Origin: Acidobacteriota bacterium
GTDB lineage: Bacteria > Acidobacteriota > UBA6911 > RPQK01 > JAJDTT01
DNA length: 64,000 nt
Direction: 5' to 3'
Assembly: GCA_965209055.1 (NCBI GenBank)
Contig: OZ242374.1
Span: 3,360,001-3,424,000, forward strand
In this document: positions 49,627-59,316 of the stretch, piece by piece
Layout of the letters: each line of letters starts with the position of its first letter
Numbering within the stretch: the first letter of the stretch is position 1
The notes under the pieces: generated by a model
Seen by the model: only the letters and a program-made list of their open reading frames with translations
Database searches by the model: none
What the model was told of the DNA's origin: nothing
Position numbers and translations under genes: made by a program

Positions 49627-52389
49627 GTGAACCCGTCCGTCAGATCGGATAGCCTCGATACTCCCTGGCCGCTCGGTTCCTGTCCGAATCTGGGCCGTTC
49701 CATCCCGAGTCGGATGCATGCCCTGACCCTGTACCGGGACCAATACGGTCCACCCCGGGACGTGGTCCGCTTGGAGGAGGTAGAGGTTCCACGCCTCCGC
49801 GCGGCCGACGCCCGGGGAGTCCTGGTGGCCGTTCTGGCCAGCGGACCCAACTTCAACACCAATTTCGCGGCTCTGGGACTGCCGGTTCCCGTCTTCGCCC
49901 GGGGCGACAGCGCCATCCTCCACATTCCGGGAAGCGACGCCCTGGGAATCGTGGTGGATGCCGGTCCCGCGGTCCGGTCGGTGAAGGTGGGTCAGGCCGT
50001 CATTCTCGATTCCTGGACCGGACACAACATTCGAGGCTATGAGACCCACGACGGCTTCAATGCCCAGTTCGCCATGGTCGACGAGGAACGGGCCATTCCG
50101 GTCCCTCCCTCCCTCGGCAGCCATAGTCCCGAGCAGTTGTCGGCCATGCTGCTCACCTATGGAACGGCCTACCGCACCGTGGTGGAGCGCCTGGCCGTCG
50201 GTCCGGGAGACTCCATGCTGGTCCTGGGAGGAGGGAAGGGAACCAGCTTCGCCGCCGCGCAACTGGGAAAGGCCCTCGGGGCCCGCGTGGTCCTGATGGG
50301 TTCCAATCCGGCGTTGGGCCGGTCGCTCATCGAGCGGGGAATCGCCGACTCCTTCGTCGACCGGCGGCGGATCCCGGCCGAAGTCTTCGGCGTGGTCGAC
50401 GTCGGGGAGGAATACGGCGAGTGGCATGCCCGGACCGAGCCCTTTCGCCGCATCGTGCTGGCCGCCAACGACGGCCGTCCGGTGGACACGGTCTTCGAGC
50501 ATACCGGGGGCGCCAATTTCCCCCTGCTGGTTTCGGTTCTTGCCCCCAAGGGACGGCTCGCCTTCTTCGGCGCCACCGGACGGGGCCTCAAGGGCGAATA
50601 CAAGGAGACCTTCTTCTACGACGGACGCCGCTTCGTCCTGGATGCCCGCTGGGTCTGGATGCGCCAGAAGCAGGTCCTCTTTCGGAGTGGGACCCCAGCG
50701 GAGATCTTCTCGGAGATCGGGCTGCTGCCGGGGCGAAGAGGGCTGGTCTGGGGGGCTGACCGGTACGCGCGGGAGTTCGTCGAAGCGGCGCTTCAGCGGC
50801 GGGCGGACCTGGCGGTGGTCGCGTCCCGTTCCCGGGAAGCAGAGGGACTGGCCGCTCTGTCCCGCATGGGCCTCGACGGGTCGCGGATCATCGACCGCGA
50901 CCGGTTCCGGCTACCCGTCGACATGCCGGATCCCTTGACCGACAAAGGGACGCCGAATCCCGCCTACATGTCGGACTTCATGCTGGACGCACGCGCTCTC
51001 GGGAGGGCCATCTGGGAGGTCTTCGGCCCCCGGGTCAATCCGGACTTCATCGTGGAGCGTCCCGATCAGAGCACGCTCCATGTCAGCACCTTCCTGTTGA
51101 GGGACCATGACGAGAAGGACGAGATGTCCTGCGGCATCATCGTGGCCCGCGGGTCGTCCGATCTGACCGTCTCCGGATCCCACATGTATCGGGCCGCTCA
51201 GGCCCGGGAGACGGTTCGCCTGTTGGCCCGGAACCGGATCGTCATGGACCAGGAGGACCTGGAGGTGGTGGATCTGGCGGGTTTGCCGGAGATCCAGCAG
51301 AAGATGCTGGACGGCACCATGGCGAAACCCAAGGGTGTGTCGCTCGTCCAGGCGGACGGTGCGGGCCGGAAGATCTCCGACTACGAGGTCGAATACCTGG
51401 GCAGGACGCTCCGCGAGGCCGACCCGGAGAACGGCCGGTTCATCGACTTGAGCCTGATCGAAGAGGTGGGAATCCTCACCCTCAGGCGGCCGGACGCCCT
51501 GAATGCCCTCAATCAGGAACTGCTGGCCCAGCTTGCCCAACTGACGGAGGAGCTCGGAGCGCACGGAACCCTCCACGGAGGGAGGACGACCGCCCTGATC
51601 GTGCGCGGTTCCGGACGCGCATTCGTGGCGGGGGCCGACGTTCAGGGCTTTGTGGGAGGGGATGCCGAGTCCATCCGGCGGCTGGCGGCGGAGAACATGG
51701 CTCTCTTCCGGCGGTTGGAATCCCTGCCTCTTCCGGTGGTGTCGATCGTGGACGGCTTCGCGCTGGGCGGCGGCAACGAGCTGGCCATGAGCACCCACTA
51801 TCGAATCGTCACCGAAAACGCCGTCATCGGACAGCCGGAGGTGAAGCTCGGCATCATCCCGGGATATGGGGGCATGCAGCGGCTGCCGAGGCTCGTCGGT
51901 CCGCGGAGAGCCGCCGAAATCGCGGTCAACGGAGAGTCGGTGGACGGACGCACGGCGGTCCGGATCGGGCTGGCCCACGAGTTCCATCCCGCCTCCACCG
52001 CCCTGACCAGGGCGTTCCGGGTAGCGGACGAGCTCCGGTCCGGTGCGCGCCGATTCCAGGCGTCCGATTGGGACGAGCTTGCCGCCGGTCAAAGCCGGGC
52101 GTTGGAGGCGCTTTACGGAAGCGATGCCGTGAGCGGAATCCTGCAATCACCCACGCCCGTCGGCGAAGCGGCGGAAGGTCTTCGGGCCGCTCGCCGGTTC
52201 GCGGCCCGGCTGGCCCTGGATGCCATGCGGTTCGGCTACGAACGCGGATTCACCCAGGGTATGGACAACGACGCCAAACTGTTCGGCGAAGCCGTAGCAT
52301 CGGAGTCCGGTCAGTGGTGGGTGCGGCGCTTCCTGGCGAAAGATCCCAGACAGTCCGCCTTCGTGACGTTGCTGCAGCCTGAGGGTTGA
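49627..52389 (+). CDS. Fusion of a crotonyl-CoA carboxylase/reductase-like MDR domain and an enoyl-CoA hydratase domain
   Basis: PNFN, HIPGSD, GYET, LTYGTAYR, VFEHTG, WMRQK, GSH; C-terminal AFVAGAD, GGGNEL, GQPEVKLG. Confidence 0.85.
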   Translation: MNPSVRSDSLDTPWPLGSCPNLGRSIPSRMHALTLYRDQYGPPRDVVRLEEVEVPRLRAADARGVLVAVLASGPNFNTNFAALGLPVPVFARGDSAILHIPGSDALGIVVDAGPAVRSVKVGQAVILDSWTGHNIRGYETHDGFNAQFAMVDEERAIPVPPSLGSHSPEQLSAMLLTYGTAYRTVVERLAVGPGDSMLVLGGGKGTSFAAAQLGKALGARVVLMGSNPALGRSLIERGIADSFVDRRRIPAEVFGVVDVGEEYGEWHARTEPFRRIVLAANDGRPVDTVFEHTGGANFPLLVSVLAPKGRLAFFGATGRGLKGEYKETFFYDGRRFVLDARWVWMRQKQVLFRSGTPAEIFSEIGLLPGRRGLVWGADRYAREFVEAALQRRADLAVVASRSREAEGLAALSRMGLDGSRIIDRDRFRLPVDMPDPLTDKGTPNPAYMSDFMLDARALGRAIWEVFGPRVNPDFIVERPDQSTLHVSTFLLRDHDEKDEMSCGIIVARGSSDLTVSGSHMYRAAQARETVRLLARNRIVMDQEDLEVVDLAGLPEIQQKMLDGTMAKPKGVSLVQADGAGRKISDYEVEYLGRTLREADPENGRFIDLSLIEEVGILTLRRPDALNALNQELLAQLAQLTEELGAHGTLHGGRTTALIVRGSGRAFVAGADVQGFVGGDAESIRRLAAENMALFRRLESLPLPVVSIVDGFALGGGNELAMSTHYRIVTENAVIGQPEVKLGIIPGYGGMQRLPRLVGPRRAAEIAVNGESVDGRTAVRIGLAHEFHPASTALTRAFRVADELRSGARRFQASDWDELAAGQSRALEALYGSDAVSGILQSPTPVGEAAEGLRAARRFAARLALDAMRFGYERGFTQGMDNDAKLFGEAVASESGQWWVRRFLAKDPRQSAFVTLLQPEG

Positions 52390-52398
52390 CCGGGGGCG

Positions 52399-52974
52399 TC
52401 AGCGGTTCCTGGCCGGATTCTCCAGGAACAGCCTGAAACGGACCTGCTCCCAATCGCCCCAATTCCTCCTCCTCTGAAAGAGAAAGTGGACCTCCGAGTC
52501 CTCCGATCCGCGAAAGGCCCGGAGCGTATTCTCCCAGTTTTGCTCCTGGTCCTGGTACTGCGGCCGGCCCGTCTTGCTCAACTGCCTTTCTTCCGCCGTT
52601 CCCAGCGGGACGGCCGTCGACCGGAGATACAGAGTTCCGACCAAGGGAATGACTCGATCCGTCTCCGTTTCAGCGCCCTCTTGGCCCGCGACAGTGGTCA
52701 CGACCTGCTCGCCCCGCAGAAAGACCAGGGAACAGCCCTCCTCCTCGCGGCGGACTTCCAGATCGAAGCCACCCCGGTCCAACCGCTTACCGCCCTCCGT
52801 GTAAAGAGTTCGATCCAGCCGAATCTCCGTCACGTAGACCTCGCCGGCTGCCGTCGCCACTCCGAGTCCCACCATCACAATCATCGTCAGAAGGGATCTT
52901 GTAGTCTGCCGAGCTATTCCCACGGAGGTCTTGACAATAGCGCTCCGTACAGACTTCACGTTGCAATCCCACAC
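52399..52974 (-). CDS. Hypothetical exported protein
   Basis: Hydrophobic signal-like segment; true start probably downstream of 52974. Confidence 0.55.
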   Translation of the reverse strand: MWDCNVKSVRSAIVKTSVGIARQTTRSLLTMIVMVGLGVATAAGEVYVTEIRLDRTLYTEGGKRLDRGGFDLEVRREEEGCSLVFLRGEQVVTTVAGQEGAETETDRVIPLVGTLYLRSTAVPLGTAEERQLSKTGRPQYQDQEQNWENTLRAFRGSEDSEVHFLFQRRRNWGDWEQVRFRLFLENPARNR

Positions 52975-53023
52975 GGCACGTAGTGCGCTGCTGATCGCCT
53001 TTGATCTCGGGTTTGGACGAGAA

Positions 53024-53218
53024 TTATCTTTTCCCGACCACCGGAACCGAGAGTTTCCGACAGATCTTACCTACCAAACGGTTGGGTATCTCAAGATGAC
53101 GTGGGACGGTCTCGACTGCGCCCGTATTCGGGTTGCACCAAAGCGAGTGAGATCTTCCTTCCCGTTTGAGAAAACACCCGTGCCTTCGGAGGTGCCGGAG
53201 CAGGCCGGACCTCTTCAT
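53024..53218 (-). CDS. hicA: HicA toxin
   Basis: GCFLKREGRSHSLW...VPRH..I..L...I; 64 aa. Confidence 0.9.
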   Translation of the reverse strand: MKRSGLLRHLRRHGCFLKREGRSHSLWCNPNTGAVETVPRHLEIPNRLVGKICRKLSVPVVGKR

Positions 53219-53430
53219 GGCACCGTGACAGTTTCTCGGATTGCTTCAGGGGGTACACCCCGCAATCCCTCCTCGCGCCGATCCTCCAGGATAAGTGCTA
53301 TGGCTTCAGCTAAATTGTCGCGGGCTTCACGCTTGGTTCTTCCCTGTCCATTGGCTCCAGGGATTTCAGGGCAATAGGCGATGTGCCAGTCTCCGTCATG
53401 CTCGATAATGGCCGTGAACTGATTTTCCAA
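53215..53430 (-). CDS. hicB: HicB antitoxin (short, no DNA-binding domain)
   Basis: AYCPEIPGANGQGRTKREARDNLAEAI. Confidence 0.9.
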   Translation of the reverse strand: MENQFTAIIEHDGDWHIAYCPEIPGANGQGRTKREARDNLAEAIALILEDRREEGLRGVPPEAIRETVTVP

Positions 53431-53463
53431 TGGAGAAATCTCCCAAGTTTTCCAGATCTAATA

Positions 53464-54933
53464 TTAGCTCGCCTGAAGGAGCCGTTGCGAGAGGTCGTTG
53501 TATCCGCCCACGTCAGTGAGCCGCCGGTCTCGTCCCTGGAAGAAGTACGTGAGTCCTTCGTGGTCCAGACCCAGCAGAGAGAGGATGGTGGCGTGCAGGT
53601 CGTGGACGTGGACCTTGTCCTCGGTCACCTTCATTCCCAGATCGTCGGTGGCGCCGATGGCCTTTCCTCCCTGGATTCCGGCTCCCGCCATCCAGCAGGA
53701 GAAGCCGTACGGGTGGTGGTCCCGGCCGAGTTTCCCCTGCACGAATGGGGTTCGGCCGAACTCTCCGGAACAGAATACGAGGGTGCTGTCCATCAGTCCG
53801 CGCTGTTTGAGATCCTGCAGGAGGCCGGCGATGGGCTGGTCCACCTTCCTGGAGTTTTCCCAGTGGTTTCGGGAGCACTGCTCGTGGCCGTCCCAGTCGG
53901 TGCTGATCAGGTGCACGAAACGGACGCCGCGCTCCAACATGCGCCGGGTCAGCAGGCACATCCGCCCGAACTTCCGGCTCTTTTCCTGGTCCAGTCCGTA
54001 GAGGCGCCGGACGTGTTCCGGCTCCCGGGAAAGGTCCACCAGTTCCGGCGCAGCGGTCTGCATCCGGAAGGCCAGCTCGTAGTTGGTGATGCGAGCCGCC
54101 AGACTCGTGTCGTCGGCGCGGTCCTGGTAGTGCCGCCGGTTCGATTTCCGGATCCAGTCCAGGAGGTTCCGCTGATCCGCCGCGGTCATCTCCCGGGGCG
54201 GAGTCAGGTCCTTGAGGGGAGAGCCCTCGGAACGGAGCAGGGTGCCCTGATAGATGGCGGGCAGGAACCCGGAGCCGAAGTGGTTCCGGTTGGTCCGGCC
54301 CCACAAGTTGCCGTCGGTCATCACCATGTAGGCGGGAAGGTTGTCGTTCTCGCTCCCCAGGCCGTAGAGGATCCAGGACCCGACGCTGGGATGCCCGTTC
54401 AGGATGGAGCCGGTGCTGAGATAGTTGCTCGCCGGACCGTGGACGAAGGAGTCGTGGTAACAGGAGCGCACCACCGCCAGATCGTCGGCATGGGCGGCCA
54501 CGTTCCGCATGAGATCCGAAATTTCCAGGCCCGAGTCGCCGTACCGGTGGAAGGGGATGTCCGAACCCATCAGCTTGGCATCTCCGGCGGCGATATTGGC
54601 GAAATTGAGATCGTCCGAGGCGAAGCTCTGAGGAAGGGTCTGACCATCGAAGCGGGTCAGGACCGGCTTGGGATCCAGGGTGTCCACGTGGCTGGCGCCT
54701 CCCTGGAGATAGATAAAGACCACGTTGCGGCCGCTGGCGCTCTGGTGCGGCGGCTTGGGTGCGAGCGGGTGCGGGACCGGTTCCCGGGTTCCCTTGGCGG
54801 AGGCCGTCCGGAAGAACGATTCCCGCTCCAGCAGATGGATCAACGGCAGGGAGCCGAAGCCCATTCCCCACTTGCTCAGAAACTCCCGGCGGGAGCCGGC
54901 CGTCTCATGGCGCTGGCAACGGAAGGGATTCAT
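53464..54933 (-). CDS. DUF1501 protein (Tat signal)
   Basis: SRREFL, GGASHVDTLDPK, WDGH, GEFGRTP, GRDHHP, VHDLHAT. Confidence 0.92.
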   Translation of the reverse strand: MNPFRCQRHETAGSRREFLSKWGMGFGSLPLIHLLERESFFRTASAKGTREPVPHPLAPKPPHQSASGRNVVFIYLQGGASHVDTLDPKPVLTRFDGQTLPQSFASDDLNFANIAAGDAKLMGSDIPFHRYGDSGLEISDLMRNVAAHADDLAVVRSCYHDSFVHGPASNYLSTGSILNGHPSVGSWILYGLGSENDNLPAYMVMTDGNLWGRTNRNHFGSGFLPAIYQGTLLRSEGSPLKDLTPPREMTAADQRNLLDWIRKSNRRHYQDRADDTSLAARITNYELAFRMQTAAPELVDLSREPEHVRRLYGLDQEKSRKFGRMCLLTRRMLERGVRFVHLISTDWDGHEQCSRNHWENSRKVDQPIAGLLQDLKQRGLMDSTLVFCSGEFGRTPFVQGKLGRDHHPYGFSCWMAGAGIQGGKAIGATDDLGMKVTEDKVHVHDLHATILSLLGLDHEGLTYFFQGRDRRLTDVGGYNDLSQRLLQAS

Positions 54934-54948
54934 GGAAAATACCGCTTC

Positions 54949-57573
54949 TCAGTCAATATGGCTGAACTCGTTGAGATTAAACAGGCCCAGGCAGAGCTGG
55001 GTCAAGGCAGCCGCCCGGGGCCGCGGGATTTTCTCGAGCCCGGCCGGCAGCTCGGACCAACTCTCCGCCTTCACCTCGCGGGCCCGGGCCGACATCAATT
55101 CCAGCGCCTCCTTCTTCTCCTCGGGCGAAGGCGCCCGGCTCAAGGCCAGCCGCCACGCCTTTTCGACCCAGGCTGCCGGGTCGTCCCCCTCGCTCTCCAC
55201 CAGCCGGGACGCGAGGGCTACTGCCTGCCGGAAGGCCATCCGGTTGTTGAGAAACCAGAGGGCCTGCGGTGCCACCGTGGTGACGTCACGGCGGGGGCAG
55301 CTGACGGCGTTCTGGGGGCTGTCGAAGACGTCGAACATGGGAAACCGGAGATTGCGGCGGCTGAGGATGTAGACGCCCCGGCGGTATTGGGATTCGGGGT
55401 CCGCAGCGGTCAGCCAACCTTTGGGATCTCCCAGGCTTGCCATCTCTTCATCTCCCAGCGGCGGCGCCGCCGGACGGCCGTACGCCCCGAGATTCAAAGT
55501 GCCGGCCACCGCAAGTGTGGCGTCCCAGAGGACTTCCGCTTCCAACCGCCGCCGGTTCATTCTCCAGAGGAGACGGTTTTCGGGGTCCAGCGAGAGAGCG
55601 GCCGGGTCGCTGTGCAAGCTGGACATGCGGTAGGTGCTGGAGTTCAGGATCAGCCAGTGCATCGCCTTGAGGCTCCAGTTCCGGGCTGTGAACTCGACGG
55701 CCAGCCAATCCAGGAGCTGCGGATGGCTGGGCGCCTCCCCCTGGCGGCCGTAGTCGTTGGGAGTTCTCACCAGTCCTCGTCCCAAATGCCACTGCCAGAG
55801 CCGGTTCACCATGACCCGGGCGGTGAGAGGGTGGTCGGGACGGCTCAGCCAGAGCGCCAACTGCTTGCGGGGGCGGTTCTCCATTGATCCCGAGAAGACG
55901 CCGTTGGGATCGGTCTCCCCGCTCAACACCGCCGGGAAGCCGGGTCCGACCCGTTCCTCCTTTTGTCTGAACTCGCCTCGACTCAAGACGTGAACGGGCG
56001 CGGAAGCCTCCCGATCGTAATGACCCAGCACTGAAGCGGTCGGCAACTCGAGCAGTCCTTCGAACCGGACCAGATTGGAGCCCTCGATCTCGGAGACCTT
56101 GAGTACGGCGCGGGCCAGCCCGATAAGCAGATTTTCGTGCTGGTCCTTCTCCGGCTCGGTCAGAGCCTCCTCGAACTTGACGGCGCGAACCGCGTCCATC
56201 AGGAGCTTCGCCAATTCTTCCTGCTCCGGGGTCCGACGATCCTTTTCCGTCTCGTAGGCCTCGACCACCTCCGGAGCAAATTTCGCTTTCTTCTCCTGTT
56301 CGATCCTCTTCTTGACCTGTTTCTCGAATCGGCGGTAAGCGGAACGGCTTTCGTCCACGGCGATGACGGCGGGGTAGTCGATGTTCCGCGAGACCGCCTG
56401 AATGGGACTCATGACGGGGATGTCGACCTTGCGGCTGTTGGCAAACAGCGCTTGGAAGGCGTAGTAGTCCCTCTGGCTGATGGGGTCGGCCTTGTGATCG
56501 TGACAGCGGGCGCAGCCCAGGGTGAGGCCCAGGAAGGCGGCGCCGGTGGTGTCCGCCCAGTCGGTCAGTTCCTCGGCGCGCAACTGCTGGGCGTCCTGCA
56601 TCGATTCCAGCACCTCGGGTCCGAACGTGTAGAGGCCGGTTCCGACCCGGGCTTCCAGGTATTCGTTCTTCTTCAGGGGAATGGTCCGGCTCCCCAGGAG
56701 CTCGAACCGTTGGGGCCAGAGCTCGTCTCCGGCGATCTGCTCCTGCAGGAAACGGTCGTAGGGCTTGTCCTCGTTGAACGACTTGATGACGTAGTCCCGA
56801 TACCGCCAGGCGTTGGGATAGTAGTGATCCGACTCGTATCCGCTGCTGTCGGCATAGCGGACCACGTCCAGCCAGTGCCGGGCCCAGCGCTCGCCGTAGC
56901 GCGGCGATTCCAGCAGCTCGCCCACCATCCTGCCGTAGGGATCCGGCGAGTCGTCTCCCAAGTGCCGGTCCATCTGCTCCGGCGTCGGCGGAAGTCCGAT
57001 GAGGTCGAAGTAGGCCCTTCGGATCAGGGTTCTCCGGTCGGCCTCGGGAGCCGGTTTCAAGCCCTTCTCCTGCAACCGGGCCAGCACGAAGGCATCGATG
57101 GGGTTGCTGACCCAACCGTCCGCATCCGCCGCCGGAACGGCAGGCCGCCGGAGCTTCCGGAACGACCACCAGGAGGGTGGGGAGGAGCCGTCTTCGCGAA
57201 CGCTGGCCCATGGGAGGCCGCCGTCGATCCAGCGGCGCAGCACTTCCAGATCCGCAGCCGCCAGCGGAGAGCCGCCCGGGGGCATCTTCAGCTCGCCGTC
57301 ATGGGACGCGGCCAGAAACAGGAGGCTCGATCCGGCGTCTCCGGGGACCGCCGCCGGACCCCGGTGGCCGCCTTCCAGGAGAGTTTGCCGACTGCCCAGA
57401 TCAAGTCCCCCCTGGCGCGCCACGCCATGGCAGGCAAGGCAGTTCCGCTCCATGATCCGGAGAGCATCCGCCGCCAAAGATCCGTCCGCTTCGGAACGGC
57501 TGGAACTACCCTCCAGAAACGGCAGCAAGCAACTGGATACGACGGCGAGTAGCAACCACGGCCGACTATTCAT
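54949..57573 (-). CDS. DUF1549/DUF1553 protein with planctomycete cytochrome c domain
   Basis: CLACH, YGERWARHWLD, CARCHDHK, RVMVNRLWQ, NLNEF. Confidence 0.92.
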   Translation of the reverse strand: MNSRPWLLLAVVSSCLLPFLEGSSSRSEADGSLAADALRIMERNCLACHGVARQGGLDLGSRQTLLEGGHRGPAAVPGDAGSSLLFLAASHDGELKMPPGGSPLAAADLEVLRRWIDGGLPWASVREDGSSPPSWWSFRKLRRPAVPAADADGWVSNPIDAFVLARLQEKGLKPAPEADRRTLIRRAYFDLIGLPPTPEQMDRHLGDDSPDPYGRMVGELLESPRYGERWARHWLDVVRYADSSGYESDHYYPNAWRYRDYVIKSFNEDKPYDRFLQEQIAGDELWPQRFELLGSRTIPLKKNEYLEARVGTGLYTFGPEVLESMQDAQQLRAEELTDWADTTGAAFLGLTLGCARCHDHKADPISQRDYYAFQALFANSRKVDIPVMSPIQAVSRNIDYPAVIAVDESRSAYRRFEKQVKKRIEQEKKAKFAPEVVEAYETEKDRRTPEQEELAKLLMDAVRAVKFEEALTEPEKDQHENLLIGLARAVLKVSEIEGSNLVRFEGLLELPTASVLGHYDREASAPVHVLSRGEFRQKEERVGPGFPAVLSGETDPNGVFSGSMENRPRKQLALWLSRPDHPLTARVMVNRLWQWHLGRGLVRTPNDYGRQGEAPSHPQLLDWLAVEFTARNWSLKAMHWLILNSSTYRMSSLHSDPAALSLDPENRLLWRMNRRRLEAEVLWDATLAVAGTLNLGAYGRPAAPPLGDEEMASLGDPKGWLTAADPESQYRRGVYILSRRNLRFPMFDVFDSPQNAVSCPRRDVTTVAPQALWFLNNRMAFRQAVALASRLVESEGDDPAAWVEKAWRLALSRAPSPEEKKEALELMSARAREVKAESWSELPAGLEKIPRPRAAALTQLCLGLFNLNEFSHID

Positions 57574-57720
57574 GGATTCGATTCCGGAAGTGGAAATCGG
57601 TCCGTCTATACCTGCGTAAGTCTACCAATTCCGATCAGGTGTTGCTGATAGTAGGTTCTTGTTGGGACAGCGGCTTTCTTGCCGCCGCACTCCGATGGTT
57701 CACGGGGAAGGAAACCTCAC

Positions 57721-58143
57721 TTACGGCATCACGTCGAGACCCTCCAATTCGGCGGCGATCGACAGCCGCTGGTCAAGACAAACGAAGGTGAGAGGGGAAC
57801 TCAATTGTTCCTGCACCAACATCGCGGCGGCAAGCTGACCCGCATCCGCGGCGCGCAAGGAATGCCGTGCCAACAGCAGGTTCGCTCGCACTCGGACGGC
57901 GAGGATGTCCGTTACCTCATCCCAATGGGAGGCGAAGGCATCGAATTGTCTGAGCAGGTTTCGCCGCTGCAGGCGAGTCAGCGCCTCTTCACGTGTCCGT
58001 CGTTCAATCGCGCTTACGATCTCGGTTCTTGTCCAGGCCCAGGTGATGATCCGGTCGTCTTCCGCCAATCGATCATGTGCCCAGCCACTTTTGGTTTCGG
58101 CAATGATCAGCGGCACCACCGCAGATGCATCCCAGTACCTCAC
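57721..58143 (-). CDS. vapC: VapC PIN-domain toxin
   Basis: MRYWDASAVV, TE, LRAADAGQLA, CLDQRL. Confidence 0.88.
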   Translation of the reverse strand: MRYWDASAVVPLIIAETKSGWAHDRLAEDDRIITWAWTRTEIVSAIERRTREEALTRLQRRNLLRQFDAFASHWDEVTDILAVRVRANLLLARHSLRAADAGQLAAAMLVQEQLSSPLTFVCLDQRLSIAAELEGLDVMP

Positions 58144-58421
58144 AACCGGTCCTTGCGATCCTCGGCCAGCGCCTCGGAAATGCTCACCGGCAACACCAGT
58201 CGAGGCTTGTCCAGAATAGCAGCCGCGCCGCCTCGGCCCGGTCTGATCACTCCTTGGCTGATCAGCCGTTCTCGGGCTCCCTGGTCTTCCCCGGCTCCTG
58301 TTGCAACAAGTCTCGCGACCGGTTTGCCGCGGTCGAGAATCTGGACCTCCCCGCCTCGCCGGACTTCCCGAACGTAGTATGAGAGATTGGCCTTCAACTC
58401 GGAAATCGACACCGTCGTCAT
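58140..58421 (-). CDS. Phd/YefM-family antitoxin
   Basis: MTTVSISELKANLSYYVREVRRGGEVQILDRGKPVARL. Confidence 0.88.
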   Translation of the reverse strand: MTTVSISELKANLSYYVREVRRGGEVQILDRGKPVARLVATGAGEDQGARERLISQGVIRPGRGGAAAILDKPRLVLPVSISEALAEDRKDRL

Positions 58422-58577
58422 AGTGACTAATATAGTCTTAATAATGAGACTATTCAAGTCTGAAACAGAATTGTGGGTGACAAAGGAAGGAGAAATTTCC
58501 CCACCGGATGCTTCCCGGCCATTTTTTGATGCGTTCTCTCCCGTCACGGTCTGTAGTCAATTGGCTACAATTTTGAC

Positions 58578-58922
58578 ATGATCAAGGTCGTCCACTATGT
58601 GGCGGAAGACGGAACGGACTACTTTGACAGATGGCTTCAAAGGCAGGGCACTGAGGTCCGATCTCGCATCCTGACCCGGATCGACCGGGTCGAACTTGGA
58701 AACTTCGGTGACCACAAAGGTGTGGGCAAGGGCGTTTCGGAGCTTCGAATCGACTTCGGCCCCGGATACCGGGTGTACTATGGCTTGGACAGTATGAATC
58801 TGGTGATCCTGTTGACCGGCGGGACCAAGAGTCGGCAACGCCGCGACATCCACAAGGCTCAGGCGTGTTGGAAGGCATACCGAGAGGAGGAACGACATGC
58901 CCGTAAAAGAACACAGAACTGA
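58578..58922 (+). CDS. RelE/ParE-family toxin (addiction-module killer, HigB-like)
   Basis: GNFGDHKGVGKGVSELRIDFGPGYRVYY...LLTGGTK. Confidence 0.9.
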   Translation: MIKVVHYVAEDGTDYFDRWLQRQGTEVRSRILTRIDRVELGNFGDHKGVGKGVSELRIDFGPGYRVYYGLDSMNLVILLTGGTKSRQRRDIHKAQACWKAYREEERHARKRTQN

Positions 58923-59181
58923 CCATTACCTCCGGACACCGGAAGACATCGCCGCGTATCTGAACGCTGTGATCGAGGAGTTCGACGGCGACCCTCGATT
59001 GTTGATGAAAGCCTTCCGTAACGTGGCAGCAGCGCAGGGGGGCGTCTCAGAGATCGCACGTCGAGCCGATATCGACCGTGTGGGCCTCTCCCGCAGCTTG
59101 TCGGGCAAGAGAGATCCGCGGCTTGGTACAGTGACCAAGATCGCCTCCGTTTGCGGCGTGAAGCTTCAGTTCGTGGCTTGA
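58897..59181 (+). CDS. Addiction-module antidote HTH antitoxin
   Basis: YLRTPEDIAAYL...GVSEIARRADI.R..L.RSLS...DPRL. Confidence 0.88.
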   Translation: MPVKEHRTDHYLRTPEDIAAYLNAVIEEFDGDPRLLMKAFRNVAAAQGGVSEIARRADIDRVGLSRSLSGKRDPRLGTVTKIASVCGVKLQFVA

Positions 59182-59316
59182 CGGATCTGGGTAAATGCCG
59201 CACGGTGGCAGAATCGACTTTAACCGGTTTTCTTGTTAGTCTCGCCGGGTTTCCAGCGGGCGGTCGCCGGACCGGCGCCGGCTCGCACTGAGTCCCATCC
59301 AACACCAGAGGCGCTC

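Noticed and set aside
48184-55887. Long antisense ORFs (48184-50502, 53383-55887; likewise 2966-4603, 4741-6711, 43343-45262)
   Set aside because: Shadows of well-supported high-GC genes on the opposite strand, with no motifs
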